Source: Vicugna vicugna (taxonomy: Eukaryota). Taken from it: a DNA stretch of 64,000 nucleotides. The notes below the pieces were generated by a model, which was not told the DNA's origin, made no database searches, and saw only the letters and a list, made by a program, of their open reading frames with translations. Of this stretch, positions 13,331 through 27,240 are shown piece after piece. The DNA is taken from assembly GCA_013265495.1 (NCBI GenBank), contig MU058636.1, forward strand, positions 5,491,741 to 5,555,740. Reading direction: 5' to 3'. Position 1 is the first letter of the stretch; each line of letters starts with the position of its first letter. Made by a program: the position numbers and the translations under genes.

Positions 13331-16300
13331 AATGTGATTTTTAACAACAATTAAATTATCTCCTGTGAAGAGAGAAAGGCAACACAATGGAAAGCGCACT
13401 GAATCAGGGACCTGGGTACCTACCACATCTCTGCTTCCTAGGTCTCTGTGATGGTAAGTCAGTCACTCAACTTCTCTGGTCTTTTAGTAAGAACTAGTAA
13501 AATAAAGAGTTGGAATCGTAGATGATCTCTAAAGGCTCCTTCAATTCCGTAGCTCACTGTTTATTAGTCTAGGCAAAAACTTAGTATTTGTACAAAACCA
13601 CAGCAGAGATGAGATGCATACTTGTATGCTCCTCGTTATACTTCCAATATAGACGAGCCCCTAGCCTGAGGGGTGAGGACACACCTTTGGAGGAACCGGA
13701 CGGCCCAAGCGGAAAGCCCTTCCCGGCTTCTGGCTGAGCGCCTGACCTTAGACAAGCCATTTCACCTGACTCCACCTCAGTTTCCTCCTCTGTAACACTG
13801 GGCAGCACTGGTGCCTACTACTGCAAGGGTTAAATGAGCTTGTACTAAGAGAGCACAAGTCATGGAGCCTACTAATAGACGTTTAAAACAAAACAAGGTG
13901 ATGACAGCTTTTGGTTACTTCTAGAATTAAAGGGCAGTTGTTGAATATCCAGATTGTGATTTTTTCCCCCAAATTTTATTTATTTTAGTCTTTCCACAAA
14001 GAGTAGAGGCCCTGACTTCACCTGAGAAAACAGTCAGCTCTGCTGAGTGGCGTGGGCCGGGCGCGCTTGCCCGGGGGCTCCTCTTCCCCAGCAGATGCCA
14101 CACTCTAGGACTCCAGGGTCCCGCCCGCGCCGGTACCGGGGGCTTTCTAGGTGTAGTGTGTGCAGGGATTAGCAAACTAGCAGGAGACGGTGACCTTCTG
14201 AATACTCCCCGAATGTGTCAGGTCCTCCTCCCAGCTCTCCTCAGACGATTTTTTCAGAACCTGGAAATTCCCAAAGTATACTTTTACTACGTATCTTATG
14301 TATGTTTCTCAGATCACATTTCTACCCACAGTTTTTTTTAAATGATCAAAAGATTGACTTTCTGTGTATCCTGTTCTAAATGGAAAACTGTACTAGCAAA
14401 TTTTCAGTCAAAGTTGTCATACCCTCCATTGTTTAGGGGAGTGAACCATAATCACTCTTCCACTAGAAACACGTTGTTAAAGGCCAGCCACGGACTAGTA
14501 GCATTTTTAATTCTGGATGCAGATAATAATTTCTAGATTTTTAAGGACGTTTAAAAGTTATGGAAGTCATTAAATATTGTTTGTTTAAAATAATATTTAA
14601 TTTGTTAGAAATAATGTTTCTATTGTTTAAAACTGACTGAATTATTTCTAGGCAGGCTTGTTTCTCTGTGCTTTTGTATACAGCATTGTCTGCACCTAAC
14701 AACCCTTCTTTCTACTATTTCTATTCATGAATAATGATAGTAAATCATAAAAGCTGACACTTCAAGCACTTTTTCTGCCCTATCACTGTTCTCTCACATA
14801 TATTGTCTTAAAGTGATTATCAGCCCTATTTTACAGATAATAAGACAGAGTTTAAATGGTGAAGTATCTTGCCTACAGCCGCACTGGGACATGGTAGCAG
14901 CAGACATGGAACTGGGCTCCCCACCTCTCTGCACTTCATCACGAGCCCCAGACCATGCTACATAGTTCCCTCTCCAGCCAAGCCAAAATCTTCTCTTTCA
15001 GAGGTCTCCTACAAAGGATCCTTGCTGATCAGAATTTGCTTTCGTCTTTATTCTTTCAGTATTTATAAACTCAGTTAGTAGAGCATTAATTTGTAATCTT
15101 TGTGATTTTTTTAAAGTATCATCAAAGATACATATTTTATGCATCAGGTTAAATTTTTTTTTTATTTACAAAGAAGAGACTATATTCTCTTTCTCTCCCC
15201 TCCTCTTCTCTTTTTTATTCTGCTATGACCTGTGAGCAAAAGAATGTTCTCATTAAAGTAGATGTTCAGCAGATCCTATCAATTCACACAGTGTTGTGAT
15301 GAGCATGTGTGCAACTGCCTAACAAGTATTCTATCTCATTTCAAAATAGACTGCATTTACCAGTTTCATTACCATTACTCACCATTGTACCTAATATCTT
15401 CACTAGTATAACTTTTCAAATTTGATGATGATAATAACAAGAATGGTTTCTATTTCTTCATAACATACACAATGTACAAATAAACAGCCCCAAGTCTTTA
15501 GTAAGGCAAATCTTCAAAATAATGCAATCAGTAAAATTTTGTCCGATAGGTGGAAAGAGCCCAACATTTGTGGTTTATGCTGTTCTCTGCATAGTTGGCT
15601 GAGAACTTAAATCACCAGCAGTACATTAGAAAATGTATCTCATATTTTCATTTCCTAATAAGTGAACCAGAAATTATATTTTGCAACTTGGAAAGGCATG
15701 TTTTCTTCAAATAAAACTTGAACACTTCATCTGCTTATAAAAATGTAGAGCATCCTAAAATATGAACAAATGCTAGAGTTTTAGGAATGACCTAACAGCT
15801 GTTGCACATGCAGATGTGACGCAAAAGCTGCAGATACAGCTATTCAGAAATAGGATCTGGAAAGCCTTCTATTTTGATACACAAGAGTTGATTTATTTTC
15901 CTCTTTCTAAACCAGGCCTTCCAGAAGTTAGAAAGAAGAGATTGCCATATTTAAAACCTAAATCAATACATGCCATGATAATGTTAGATAGTTCACATTT
16001 GTACTAATTTGAACTAATATTCCAATTTGAAAGGTATAAAAGGCTACTGTAGATATTGTTAAACTTGTCATGCCATTATGAACAAGCAGTAATACGTTCT
16101 CATGAGACACAGACACAAAAAAAAGATACCTTTTTTTTTTTTAAGAAACAGAGATGTAGATAGAGACAGGTAAGAACTGTTAACAGAATAAATTTGAAGT
16201 CTCAATATTTTTTCATTCAGCCAGAAAATCGGTAGCACCAACCTCAACCACGATGGTGCATACATGGATTAAAACATAAAGAGGGTTCCTCAGGGATGTG

Positions 16301-16349
16301 TAATGCTGTGTTAATGACGCCCACCAGCCTTGTCCTCCACTGACTCTCA

Positions 16350-16745
16350 GACTCCAACCACACAGTGCCTGCCTGTCGCTGTTCTGACCCAAGTGCTCTC
16401 CTGATTCTGAGCCTTCACCCATGCTGTTCCCATTGCCTTAAATGCTTTCTTTAAACCTTTCTGCTAAGGAATTTATACTACATTCTAGAATTTGGCTCAA
16501 ATGCCGTTCTTCAAGGAAACATTCTCCACCTCTCCAGCCTCTGTCAGTCCCCTTGCTGCATCCCACAGCACCCTGTCTTCTCCCACATGACACTTTCCAC
16601 AACTGCAATTCAATAATTCAATGTGCTATTTGTTGTACAAAGTCAGTCTATCCCCAGATGGCAAGTTTTAGATCATTCCCCAGCTGTACCCACAACACTC
16701 GGCAAAGTGTCTTGCCCTCCGAAAGAGCACTCAGTATATTAACAC
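16350..16745 (+). mobile_element. L2 fragment
   Basis: gccttcacccatgctgttcccattgcc...ggctcaaatgcc... typical L2 3' region. Confidence 0.65.
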
Positions 16746-17911
16746 ATACACTTATTCCTCAAAGCACTATCTCCAATCTCCTTCTTTCCCATTTTCCTAT
16801 ACTTTCAGCTTGATTCTCTGGCCTTCAATTAAGTTAATGCCAGGGAAGAATGGGCTTTGGCAAAAATTATGGCCAGAGATGTACCTCACGCTCATGAAGA
16901 GGCCACTGGACTCCACAAAGTGGTCCCAGTAAGAAACACTCCCATCTTTTGCTCCTTGGACCAGTCTGATTTCTATCTGAATGGTGTTGCCTTTTGGTCT
17001 GATTTCACAGTCCCCACTGAGAAAAAAGTAACAACGAGTCTTCTCGCATTCGTCTTGGGAGTTTCATAAGGCTATTTCCACAGCTGATGATCACTTGGAC
17101 TTTGAGCGGGGAGGGAATTTTTTTTGAAAAAGCGCAGTATTTCACAACAGCTGAAATAATTTTCTGTCAAAGCCTGTTTTAAATTCAGAGTGTGTTTTCT
17201 CTGTATGTACAAGTCAGCCAAAGGTCTAGAGGTATAATATGATACATGAATTGAACACTTTAATATGCAAAAGCAGAACAGATAATTTCATACGCTATTA
17301 ATGATAATAATTACTATTGACTATAAAGTAAGCAAATCCATATTTGTTTTCAAGTTAAGGGTGTTACTTGAGAATATTCAAAAACATTTGCTAAAGGGGT
17401 GTGAACAGTGCAGACTCTCATCAAAATCCATCTGTCTGAATCTATTAACTGGCATTTCCCCAGCTGGGGCATTCCTGCATAACAAAAGCTCCTTATGCCA
17501 AGGGTGCAGGCTGATACCTAGCTTAGATGCTGGATTTATTTTATCTGGAATTAATGTGTGGAATGTCAATGTGTGTCTTTATGACTCAGCTATATCAAGC
17601 ACAAACCCAAAAGTTGATGTCAAATAGAGAATTCGAGTTCAAGCTTCAAAGTCAAGGTATTCATCAAGTCTGTCTTTTCTATTAAAAAAAAAATCTTTGC
17701 CAACTTGTTCATAGAAACTTTTGGAAAACACTCACGTGAATTCTTCAGGGAGGGGTGTCTAGTATTTCATAACCTCCGTAGCTTCGCTGACTTCACTGCT
17801 TTCTATCTTTCCCTCAGTGTTAATGAAGAGATATTATATGTGATTTTTTTTCAAATTTACATTTTTCAAAGGATTAAGGTATTTGGATTACTTAAATTAA
17901 AAAACAAACTA

Positions 17912-18352
17912 CCAGAAGGAACCCTACTTCAAAAAGACACCTGCACCCCAATGTTCATAGCAGCACTATTTACAATAGCCAAGACATGGAAACATCCTAA
18001 ATGTCCATCGACAGATGACTGGATAAAGAAGAGGTGGTATATTTATACAATGGAATACTATTCAGCCATAACAACCGACAACATAACACCATTTGCAGCA
18101 ATATGGGTGTTCCTGGAGAATGTCATTCTAAGTGAAGTAAGCCAGAAAGAGAAAGAAAAATACCATATGAGATCGCTCATATGTGGAATCTAAAAAAAAA
18201 AAAAAGAAAAAANNNNNNNNNNNNNNNNNAAAACAAATGTGACAATGAATATATGTATGTTCACATATAACTGAAAAGTTGTGCTGTACACTGGAATTTG
18301 ACACAACACTGTAAAATGACTAGAACTCAATAAAAAAAATGTTAAAAAAAAA
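17912..18352 (+). mobile_element. Relatively young, 5'-truncated L1 (ORF2 C-terminus, 3' UTR, poly-A)
   Basis: Uninterrupted frame KDTCTPMFIAALFTIAKTWKHPKCPSTDDWIKK...YHMRSLICGI* ending at 18193, then AATAAA and an A-rich tail to ~18352. Confidence 0.92.
18213..18229. other. Assembly gap (17 N)
   Basis: Run of n inside an A-rich tract of the L1 3' UTR. Confidence 0.99.
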
Positions 18353-20952
18353 AGAAATCAAACTGCTAACTGGTCGCCTGGAGGCATCATGATGCCATTC
18401 TGTCTTCTGATGAGAAAATGATTCTGTTGACTGTTATCAATGCTTTATTGTTTGAGCTATGGCTGTATAACCACCCCACCATATCCCCAAGGTCGGTTCA
18501 CAGTGTTGAAGGCACCAGCCTGCTGTGAGTCCCTCTGCCCAGCAAAGCAATAAAATTGCCTCTTTTCTTCTAAGCTCCAAAAAAAAAAAAAGCCAAACAA
18601 AAACCAAACTAACTCCATTTCCATCATTCAAAAAAGTTAAAGGTTATATGTGTCTTCTGAGTACGCTGAAGGTAGTAATCAATACTTGCAGATTGATCAA
18701 CATATATTGATCATCTATATCCATGTCAAGTTTATCCCTAAAACCTTCCCTTCTGAAAAGGAGCATGGCTTTTCCAGGATCTGCAATAAACGTTGTTTCT
18801 ACTGGTCCTGGATGGGTCTGTTTCACTACTACTAACTTTTCTCTTCCTTGTATATAAAAATATATGTCATACATTTTTTTATTTTTTTAATAAGCAAACT
18901 GAAAGGATTCTGAAACTACACAACAAAGAGATTTGTCATGAGTTTGCTTGAGTATCATAGGCTACTCGTCATTCTCTCTGAAAACACCATGGGCACAACT
19001 GTGCTTTTAGGGCAACCAGCAGTACTTTCTACAGATGCTGAAGCATGAAGGTTCAACTTAACTCTTCTCTTGAGCCTGCATCCAACCCTAAAAAGGCATC
19101 CAACCCATGTCAGGCTTCAGCAGCTTCTCTAGAAGAGACTAGGATGAGAGCCTTCCCCAGACACTCTGTCTGCTGTCATCAACCAACAAACAGCTCTGCC
19201 CACAGACACCTCCTGATTATACTACACCAGAGGAAAGAAAATGAATAAAGAAAATTCAAAATTAATATAAAATCTTGATATAACTCAGGATGTTGAATCC
19301 TTTCTTCACAAAACCTTTTTATGTGAGGTACTTTAAAGAATTTTAATTTTAATCCCTTTCTCCTGCCCATCCCATTAGGAACTGGATCGAGCTATCCAAA
19401 CATTACACATCAGGAGGACAGGAAAAAAAGGGGGGGAAAGAGTCAAAACACATGCATACAAGGCCTCCTCAATTGTCTGACATATAACTCATGATCCTTA
19501 GAAATTCATCATCAGTCCTCTGAAGTCTAACAGTGTCTCTGTTGTTGACTGCAGAGAAGCAAAGCTGGAAGAATACATAATTCATTAACTTGTGAAAAAT
19601 GCAAAGAAGATTTATTATCCCCATCTTCCCCTACTCCAAAAATAGAAGAGCTACATTTCAATGGAGTTAAATATAAGAGCTTCCTCTCAGAACAACAGTA
19701 AAAATCACAGGATGTATAAAATCATTTTAGTAGGAAAGAAGAATAAACAGGAAACCCCCGCACCCCCACCTGGCATGGCTTTAGCTGCTCCTTATGCTGG
19801 AATAGTCTTAAGCAACTTATCAGATCAGAACTTGTGCAGGAACTCTCTTCATCCACTCCAACATCACTTTTGTACACTCAAGTTTTACAGAGGCCATCAA
19901 GGTAATGGGCTAAATTTGAAATGAAATTTCATTTTGATGTATTTCAGTCAAGTAATATAAACCAGATACAGTACCCTATGAACTGAGCTCTTGTTAAAAC
20001 TATTGTCTTTGGTTTTCTTCCTGAATTCAGGCTTTAAGAGAAAAAAAAGGAAACCATATTTATGGTATCCAGTCTGTGATAAAATGGTGTTTTTGAAGTG
20101 TGTCCTACAGAGAAAGAGCTTCAGAATTCTCTGGAAAGCATCTTAAAAGTGCAGCTTCCTGGATGTTCATCTGTTCAACCAGACTTTCTAGCCAGTGGAT
20201 CGCAGGTTATCTTTACTGAGAAAGCACCTCTGGTGATTCTTCTGCACTAAAACTTGAGAGTTAATTAAGCGACTTTGTCTAAATGCTTTCTCATAGGATA
20301 TCTTATTTAGTAATTTAAGAATGTATCTCACCTCAGTTCTAGTAGTCTGTTAATACTCAAGTGGTGATGCTAATAATTTAATTTGTATGTTTATTCTCCA
20401 TCTAAGCAGAAATAGCTGTGCTTCTGTTCCACCACAAATGCTTCACGGCTGAGCACAGGCACCATAAGGAAGACAGTCCCAACCACGAGACTCTGCTTAA
20501 TTCCTAAACCTCTACGAGCTGTAGTTGTAGCACATGAAACATGAGTATAATACTGACTTGCTAGGCCTGTGTTAAGTATTAAATACAATAACTTGTGTGC
20601 CTGGTGCATTGTTAGCACTCAAAAACTGGCAGCTATTATAATTTGCCTTGAGCAAAATGATGAATCTAAGAAACAAGCATGTATTTATCTACAAACAGCG
20701 CTTCCATCTTAGAACACCACATAAGATATTGATTACAAAGCAATGTTATTGTTTAAAAATACCTATAATAGCCATGCATCTTCTCTCTCCATGAAAGGAA
20801 TTCTCCTGTGAGACCACATTTATTTTAAAAAATGCTGGCTGACCTGAATGAAATATTTTCAAAGTGCTCTTTCGAGTTACTTTAGAAAAATGTAGTGATT
20901 ATCTTTGGGTGCTTTGTATAGTTAACATGTTATCTTTCTCATCAACATATTA

Positions 20953-21023
20953 GTTTTATAATTATAAATAAATAAATAAATAATTATAATTATAAATAAA
21001 TATATATGTAAATAAATAAATAA
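20953..21023. repeat. AT-rich (TAAA)n low-complexity tract
   Basis: ataaataaataaataaataattataattataaataaatatatatgtaaataaataaataa. Confidence 0.9.
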
Positions 21024-23689
21024 GGGGGGAAATTTGTCCTTTTAAATACAGATTAGTGGTGCCAATTTTTTGCCCTTTGAAAATGGACTTTCTCCCTAAA
21101 AATTATTAAGTCTTTCATGGTCAAATCTGGTGAAAACAGAGTGATTGGTATTCTATGGGGACCAAAAATTGAAATCAGACTGAATAAAGGGGTGAGACTC
21201 ATTGTCTTGTGTGGTTCATAAGTAGCAGATCCCGAGAAGAGCTTCAAGCACTGTTGGGATAAGGGGGTAGGCCCCTAATGACAATATCATTTGATGTAAA
21301 TATTTCAGTATATTTTTCAAAATGTCTTAGTTTCATTTAATCATGCTTAAAGCATCACATGCTGTTTATTTTTCATATATTATCTCTCCATAGGCTTTCT
21401 TTAATTATATACTTAGTTTAGTCTATAGAAGTTGTTTTTCCTACTATACAGAATTATATCTATGGCTTCAAGATTAAGCAGAAGCCAGGTATAGTGGTGA
21501 CAGAGGATGTGATGTGATGTGCAGTTCCCTCTAAACCAATATGTATAGAAGTCTCAGGGCTCCCGAGATAGACCACCTGGTTCTTATCTTTGTTTCAGAA
21601 TATTCCTTAGTTTTGTGAACCCAGGCCAAGAATCACATGCATTTGGGAGTTTGAGTGTCTTCATTATAAAATGAGGATGTTGCTAATACCTACAGTTTCT
21701 GGCACATGGTAAGGACTCAATCAAGTAGCTGTTGTCTGCTTTGCTCGGAACTCCATGGTGTGGGGCAGTGGTTTCAGCCAGAGTGGGAAATTTCTTAATC
21801 ATTTTGAAAGGGTGACCAGGACAGGGTGTGAGGAACGGGGTTAAGCGATAGATGGGAGTTCTAACCACCTCAACGATCTCCCTAAATTAGCTCACAATTC
21901 CCTTGAGGTCATAAGTACAGTACTGCTATCTCCCACATCCTAAACGGGCAACTTGGGTCACAACAAGATTTCAAAGGGTTCCAGTAAGTTATCAGTGGAG
22001 GTAGGAATCAAATTCAGCATTGTTTTAGTTGGGTTCTCCAAAAGTTCACTGCCTTTCATATGTGGATGATTTGTTATGCAATAATTTAATTCAATGCTTT
22101 TCATAAAGAATGCCACAGAGGGGCTGCTTCATGTGTGTTACTTTGTTGCTGCCCTGGTGACATTTGAGGAGCCCTCGGGCAACCACGGATATCTGAGGAT
22201 TCCAGACAGCAACTCTATGCGAACAAAAAGGGTGAGTGTTCTAATGCAGCTGTTCAATGGAGATTCTCAAGTTGTGCATCATGAATTAGTACTTTTCTTC
22301 TGGCTTTTCCCTCTTTGTCTCTAGTCAGTATGTTAGATAAATAAATCCAGCTTTCCATGAGATGGGAAGCTTATGCATAATCAAAAGACTCAACTGTTTT
22401 TCATGAAGTTTTATAAAGCCTTTTCAATCATTGACCTAAAATCATTCTTCTACATATATACCAAAGTCAGAGAATTATACGACTTCTTATAAGAATTATA
22501 AGAAATCACTTATAATTGGAAGTTCCTTGAAAGAAAAGATTTTATCTTATTCATTTTTGTGTCCCCAGTACCCGGTACCCCAATTTTGTATAACAAAGGT
22601 CATCAATGAATGAGTAAATACAGATGATGAGATTGATTTCAGATCTCTTTTCAAGAGGCCCCGTTTTAAGTAACTATTGCCCAAAGTCCTATGAAAAAAT
22701 AGATCAGGAACTCACAGTTTTATTGTGGAAATTATAGACTACCAAGTCTCTGTAACATAAACATGTACATCAGACACTCACTTTAAATTTGCAAATCTAA
22801 GCAACCAAACCAAGACTTAAAGTGAAGTAGCCCCAAGGAGTAAGGCTGGAAACTAGGAATTCACAGGAGCTCCTGTAGGTTCTGCTGTTTTAACAGAAAT
22901 CGTCTTTAAAAGCCACAGAAGACTTAAGGCTCTTGGCAACACCCAGGCAAGAAAAGAGGCATGACAGCTATTCTTTAAAGTTGTAGAGCAAGGTCATTAG
23001 AAAAGATGGATATAAAAATAAACAAGGGCTTGTGATGCTTATACCAAACGTGGACAGAGAAAGGAAAAAATGGTTTCATATAATAATAAAGCCCTAGAAT
23101 TAGAAAAGAATTTAGAGGCTACCTGATATAGCACCGGAAGTCGTGGATGAGATCCACAAGCTTGTCATCTGGCCTCTGCCCACCTCTTCCGTCTTTCCTT
23201 CGCTGGCTCTCCCTCCTGACTCAAGGTCCTAGCAATATCATCTCATAACGGCCCATGCTGCTTCATTTCTCTGTTTCTCTGCTCGTGCTTGCTCCCCCCT
23301 CCCCACCGCCCCAGAGTGATTCTCTCTCCTTTAAGGCCCAACTCAGGGGTCATCTTCTCTGCCAAGCCAGGCCAAGCCCATCACTCCATCCTCTGATCTC
23401 CTTCTACATCTGTGGATTCTTCTACCACTGCACTTGTCCCTAAGTCCCTGAGGGTAAAACTCAGCGTCTTTTTCATCTTTTTATTCTGAGTGCATAGCTT
23501 AGCAGAGTATCTGGAATATGATATTCAATAAATAAATGTTTTGAATGAATCTAGCTAATTCCTCTCTATTTGTGTAAAAAATCTGAGAGCCAGAGGTTAT
23601 TCTTTCCCTCCTTTTAATTAAGCAATGGGACCTTATGTGACTAGTAACTAAATGTTTGTTTTATAACTGAGATGTGAACTAAATCTGAT

Positions 23690-24300
23690 ACTCCAGGGAG
23701 GCCTCTAAAAAGTCTTTCTGCCTCTACTGTTGGTCTCCACTGTCTTTTCTTTCCAACTTTTACATAGTAAACAAGGTAACTGTTCACAGCAAATCATACC
23801 CAAGATCATATCAGGACTCCTCAGGCCAGAAGGCTGCAGAGGCCCTGGCTATATGTTGATCCGATCCCTTGCTTACCACTCTTCTCCTCAATCACTGGAT
23901 CCCAAACCCCACACCCTCCCTGCCTTTCCTCAAAAACATCCATGTGCTCCTGCTTCAGGACTTGTCCACATCCTAGTCCTTCTGCCTGATCGCTCTCTCC
24001 CCCAAGTCTCTGCTCCAATGCCTCCTCCCCAGAGAGAACTTCTCCACCACTGGATCCAAAATAGACTCCCTTTCATTCTCCAGCTCCTTCATGTTCTTTC
24101 TTTTTCTTCCTAATGTGCTATCTATAACACTTATATATTATGCATTTGTTCATTATAATGTCTCCCCCATTCAAATGGAAGCTCAATGAGGGTGCTGATT
24201 TTGTCTGTTTTTTTCACCGCTGAATGAATCCCCAATAGCTGGGACAGTATTTGGCATAGTAGGTACTTAATAAATATTTGATGAATAAGTTAAGTGAATA
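23690..24300 (+). mobile_element. L2 3' fragment
   Basis: Ends tggcatagtaggtacttaataaatatttgatgaata, the L2 tail. Confidence 0.85.
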
Positions 24301-25968
24301 AGAACTTGGAGTCTCTGTAGAAGAAAAAGAAAAAGTCCTATGATTTGGGGGATTTTTTTCCCCAAATCCATTTTCCCCGGTGCTATGATTTTTTTTTAAA
24401 TGGCCAAAGGGAAAATTTCCATCTTAAATAGATGAAAAATTAATATTTAAGTTTCAACTATGCTTTTTTCATTTTCCCCAACTTAACATGTGATAACAAT
24501 AGCAGTGTTGGTTTCATTTAGCTGTAAAATGAAGATTCTCAATTATACCAGGGAAGGAGGCTTGCAGACAGGGAAAAGTTATTTTGCTCAAACCTGCAAA
24601 GCTGACAGGTGTGCCTGACACAGAGGGGTGGTATCAAAGTAGGACAGGCAGGTTTTGAGGCCATCAGAGGTCAACTCAGCACTCAGGAGGGAGCGATCGA
24701 ATCCCTTTAATGTCCTTCAGCTATTGAGGTAGTCAGTTAGGCTGCCAGCTAACACTTATCAAACGTATCTCATGGGAAAGGCTTTGCTCTTGAAGGTAAT
24801 TAAGGCACCTTCATTTCCCTCAAGAAGTCTGTACTTTAGACTAATTTCAGAAATGGGCATTTTGCTTATGACGGGTGGTCATGTATGAATTCACCTGCAA
24901 TTGCAGAAGTCACTTTGGTGTGACTTGGAGTTAGAATCTAACCTCAAATTTATGACAAATGAGATACATGACCTGGAACAGCAGGTTAAGTGAATCTCTC
25001 TGAGGTTCAAGCAGCTCTTATAAAATGAATGATTTGAACAAGACAATCTAGAGGGCTTCCATGTTCTCTAACATTTCATGGTTTTTTCTGAGCTAAAAGA
25101 AAGAGAATTTTGGCTGAAATTTCCTCATAATATTAAGGAGTTTGAATAAAGTAAATATACCTCTAGCAATATAGTTCATCTTTTTGAAGCTGGCTAGGAA
25201 ATGATTCACAAAAGAAGTAAGAAAAGGCTTTCATCCTTTTATTTCTTCAACAACTAGGTTATTTTACCAAGTGGATTATACAGTAGGAGGTAAAAGATGT
25301 TCTTTAGTGTAAGACAAAGTTCCTCTATTATAGCACAAAAGAACTCTTGCTGGTGAGACAAGAACAAGACTGAAACACTCAGCAGGGTGAACAGAAAGGC
25401 AGAAACTTAAAGGTGAATGAGACTCTGCACTTTACGAGCTGTGTTGGCCTCAGCCAAGTTTCTTCACTTACCCCATCTTTAAAATAGGGATGATAATCAT
25501 GACCTCAGCATGTTGCTGCAATGGGTCACAGGATGACATGGGGAGAAGCACTGAATCAGGGGCCTGACCCACAGCAGACCCTCCCTGTCCGTCCATCCTC
25601 TCACCCACCAAGGGTACTCAGATATGGAAGGGGGAGGGCGTAGCCAGGAGGGAGGGAATTGAGCCAATCCTGGAAAATGGGTAGGATCTAGAAAGGCAGA
25701 AGAGAGATAGGATTAGGACTGGAAGACATTATGTGGCTTAAGGTGTGGAGTCTGAAATAATCCTGAGAATTTAGAGCCAATTCCAGTCACTGGTGAGAGG
25801 ACAGTGCAAAGCAGGCTGTAAACAAACAACAATAACAAAAACCACCAAGGAGTCTTGTTAAAAAACGCACACTGTAGACCTCCCCCCAACCATACACACT
25901 CACATACATACACACTCACGTACACTGCCCTCTAGGGATGATTTCAGTCCCTTGGATCTGGGGAGAAG

Positions 25969-26055
25969 TATTTTATTTTATTTTATTTTATTTTATTTTA
26001 TTTTATTTTATTTTATTTTATTTTACTGATTTTATTTTATTTATTTATTTTTTTA
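25969..26055 (+). repeat. (TTTTA)n pentanucleotide microsatellite
   Basis: About 11 perfect TTTTA units followed by a degenerate T-rich tract. Confidence 0.97.
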
Positions 26056-26527
26056 AGTTCTATCAGAAAATCTATTCTTGCTCTCTGGTACACTTCCCAC
26101 CCCCCTTAAAGCAACTCCTCTTAAGATACCTGTTACTATAAATTAGTTTTGCCTTTTCTAAAAACTTTACAGAAATGGGATCATACAGTATGTATTCTTT
26201 CATGTTCTGGTTCTGTTATGCAACATGATCATATACATATTCACCTCTGCTGTTCCATGTATCAGTAATTCGTTGTTGAGTTGTATTCCATTGTATATGT
26301 ATATATAATTGTGCATACAACTTTGTGTTTATCATTTATTTCTTGACGGCTATAAGGTTTGTACCGTCTTGAGCTATCGTGAGGAACTCTGCTATAAATA
26401 TTCTTGTTCAAGTCATTTCATGTAAATACATTTTCATTTCTTGGGTAAACTTAAGTTAAAACTTGGAAGTGTCATAAAGTTGACATATGTTTAACATCAT
26501 TAGGAACTGTCAAACTTTTGGCAGTTT
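26056..26527 (-). mobile_element. Old L1 (L1MC/MD/ME-like) fragment
   Basis: ttagttttgccttttcta...aaatgggatcatacagtatgtattcttt...gtattccattgtat...gctataaatattcttgt is antisense old-L1 3' region. Confidence 0.8.
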
Positions 26528-27240
26528 AAGTATTTTAAAAAGCTTTTCCGGTGGTTCTGATGCTCAGTCAGGTTTGGGAGCCTTTGAGCAACTGATTGAC
26601 CTTATAGAGAAGAGCTCACACTGGGCAGCAGGAAAGTAGAGGGGCGAGACCTGGGGTAGGGGCCTAGGTTCAAATGCCCTTGTGGCCCTCACTGGCTGTG
26701 GGTGGATAGTCACATCATTTTTCTTATCCTCATTTGTCTCATTAATGTAATGGAGATCAGAGAACCCACCCTGCCTACCTTAAAGGACTTTTGTGAGAAC
26801 CTGTTGGTTTTAAGCCACTGTTACAAATCTCAGTGGAAAAACACTTAACTGGAAAGTGTTACACAGATATTCAGGATCATCATTAGTCATCATCATTATC
26901 ATCCAGGGACCCTGGAATGCCAGAATGCCATGGTCAACTCCCATCTATTATACCCTGGAGTGACCTTGAGGCAACATTGGGGCAGGGCTGTGAAATGGTT
27001 CATATTGTCACTACTACACCCTGGAACAGTTACTGCTTCCTAAGTGCTAGACTGTAATATGGGTGTGGGTCCTAGTGTCATCAGGATCTCAAAATCTTAC
27101 AGGTCATGTGAATTCTGCCACTCTCACAAATCTATATTACCACAAGTAGCAGTTATGTGCCTGAAACAAGTTCCTTAACCTCGCCAAGCTTTGGTGTCCT
27201 CATGTATAAAGTGGGGACAGTATCCATACCCAGGGCCACC

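Noticed and set aside
17705..18193. 162-aa ORF as a host gene
   Set aside because: The C-terminal half is L1 ORF2; the N-terminal half is chance open flank with a non-ATG start.
18383..18396. Perfect 14-bp palindrome ggcatcatgatgcc
   Set aside because: A few such palindromes are expected by chance in 64 kb.
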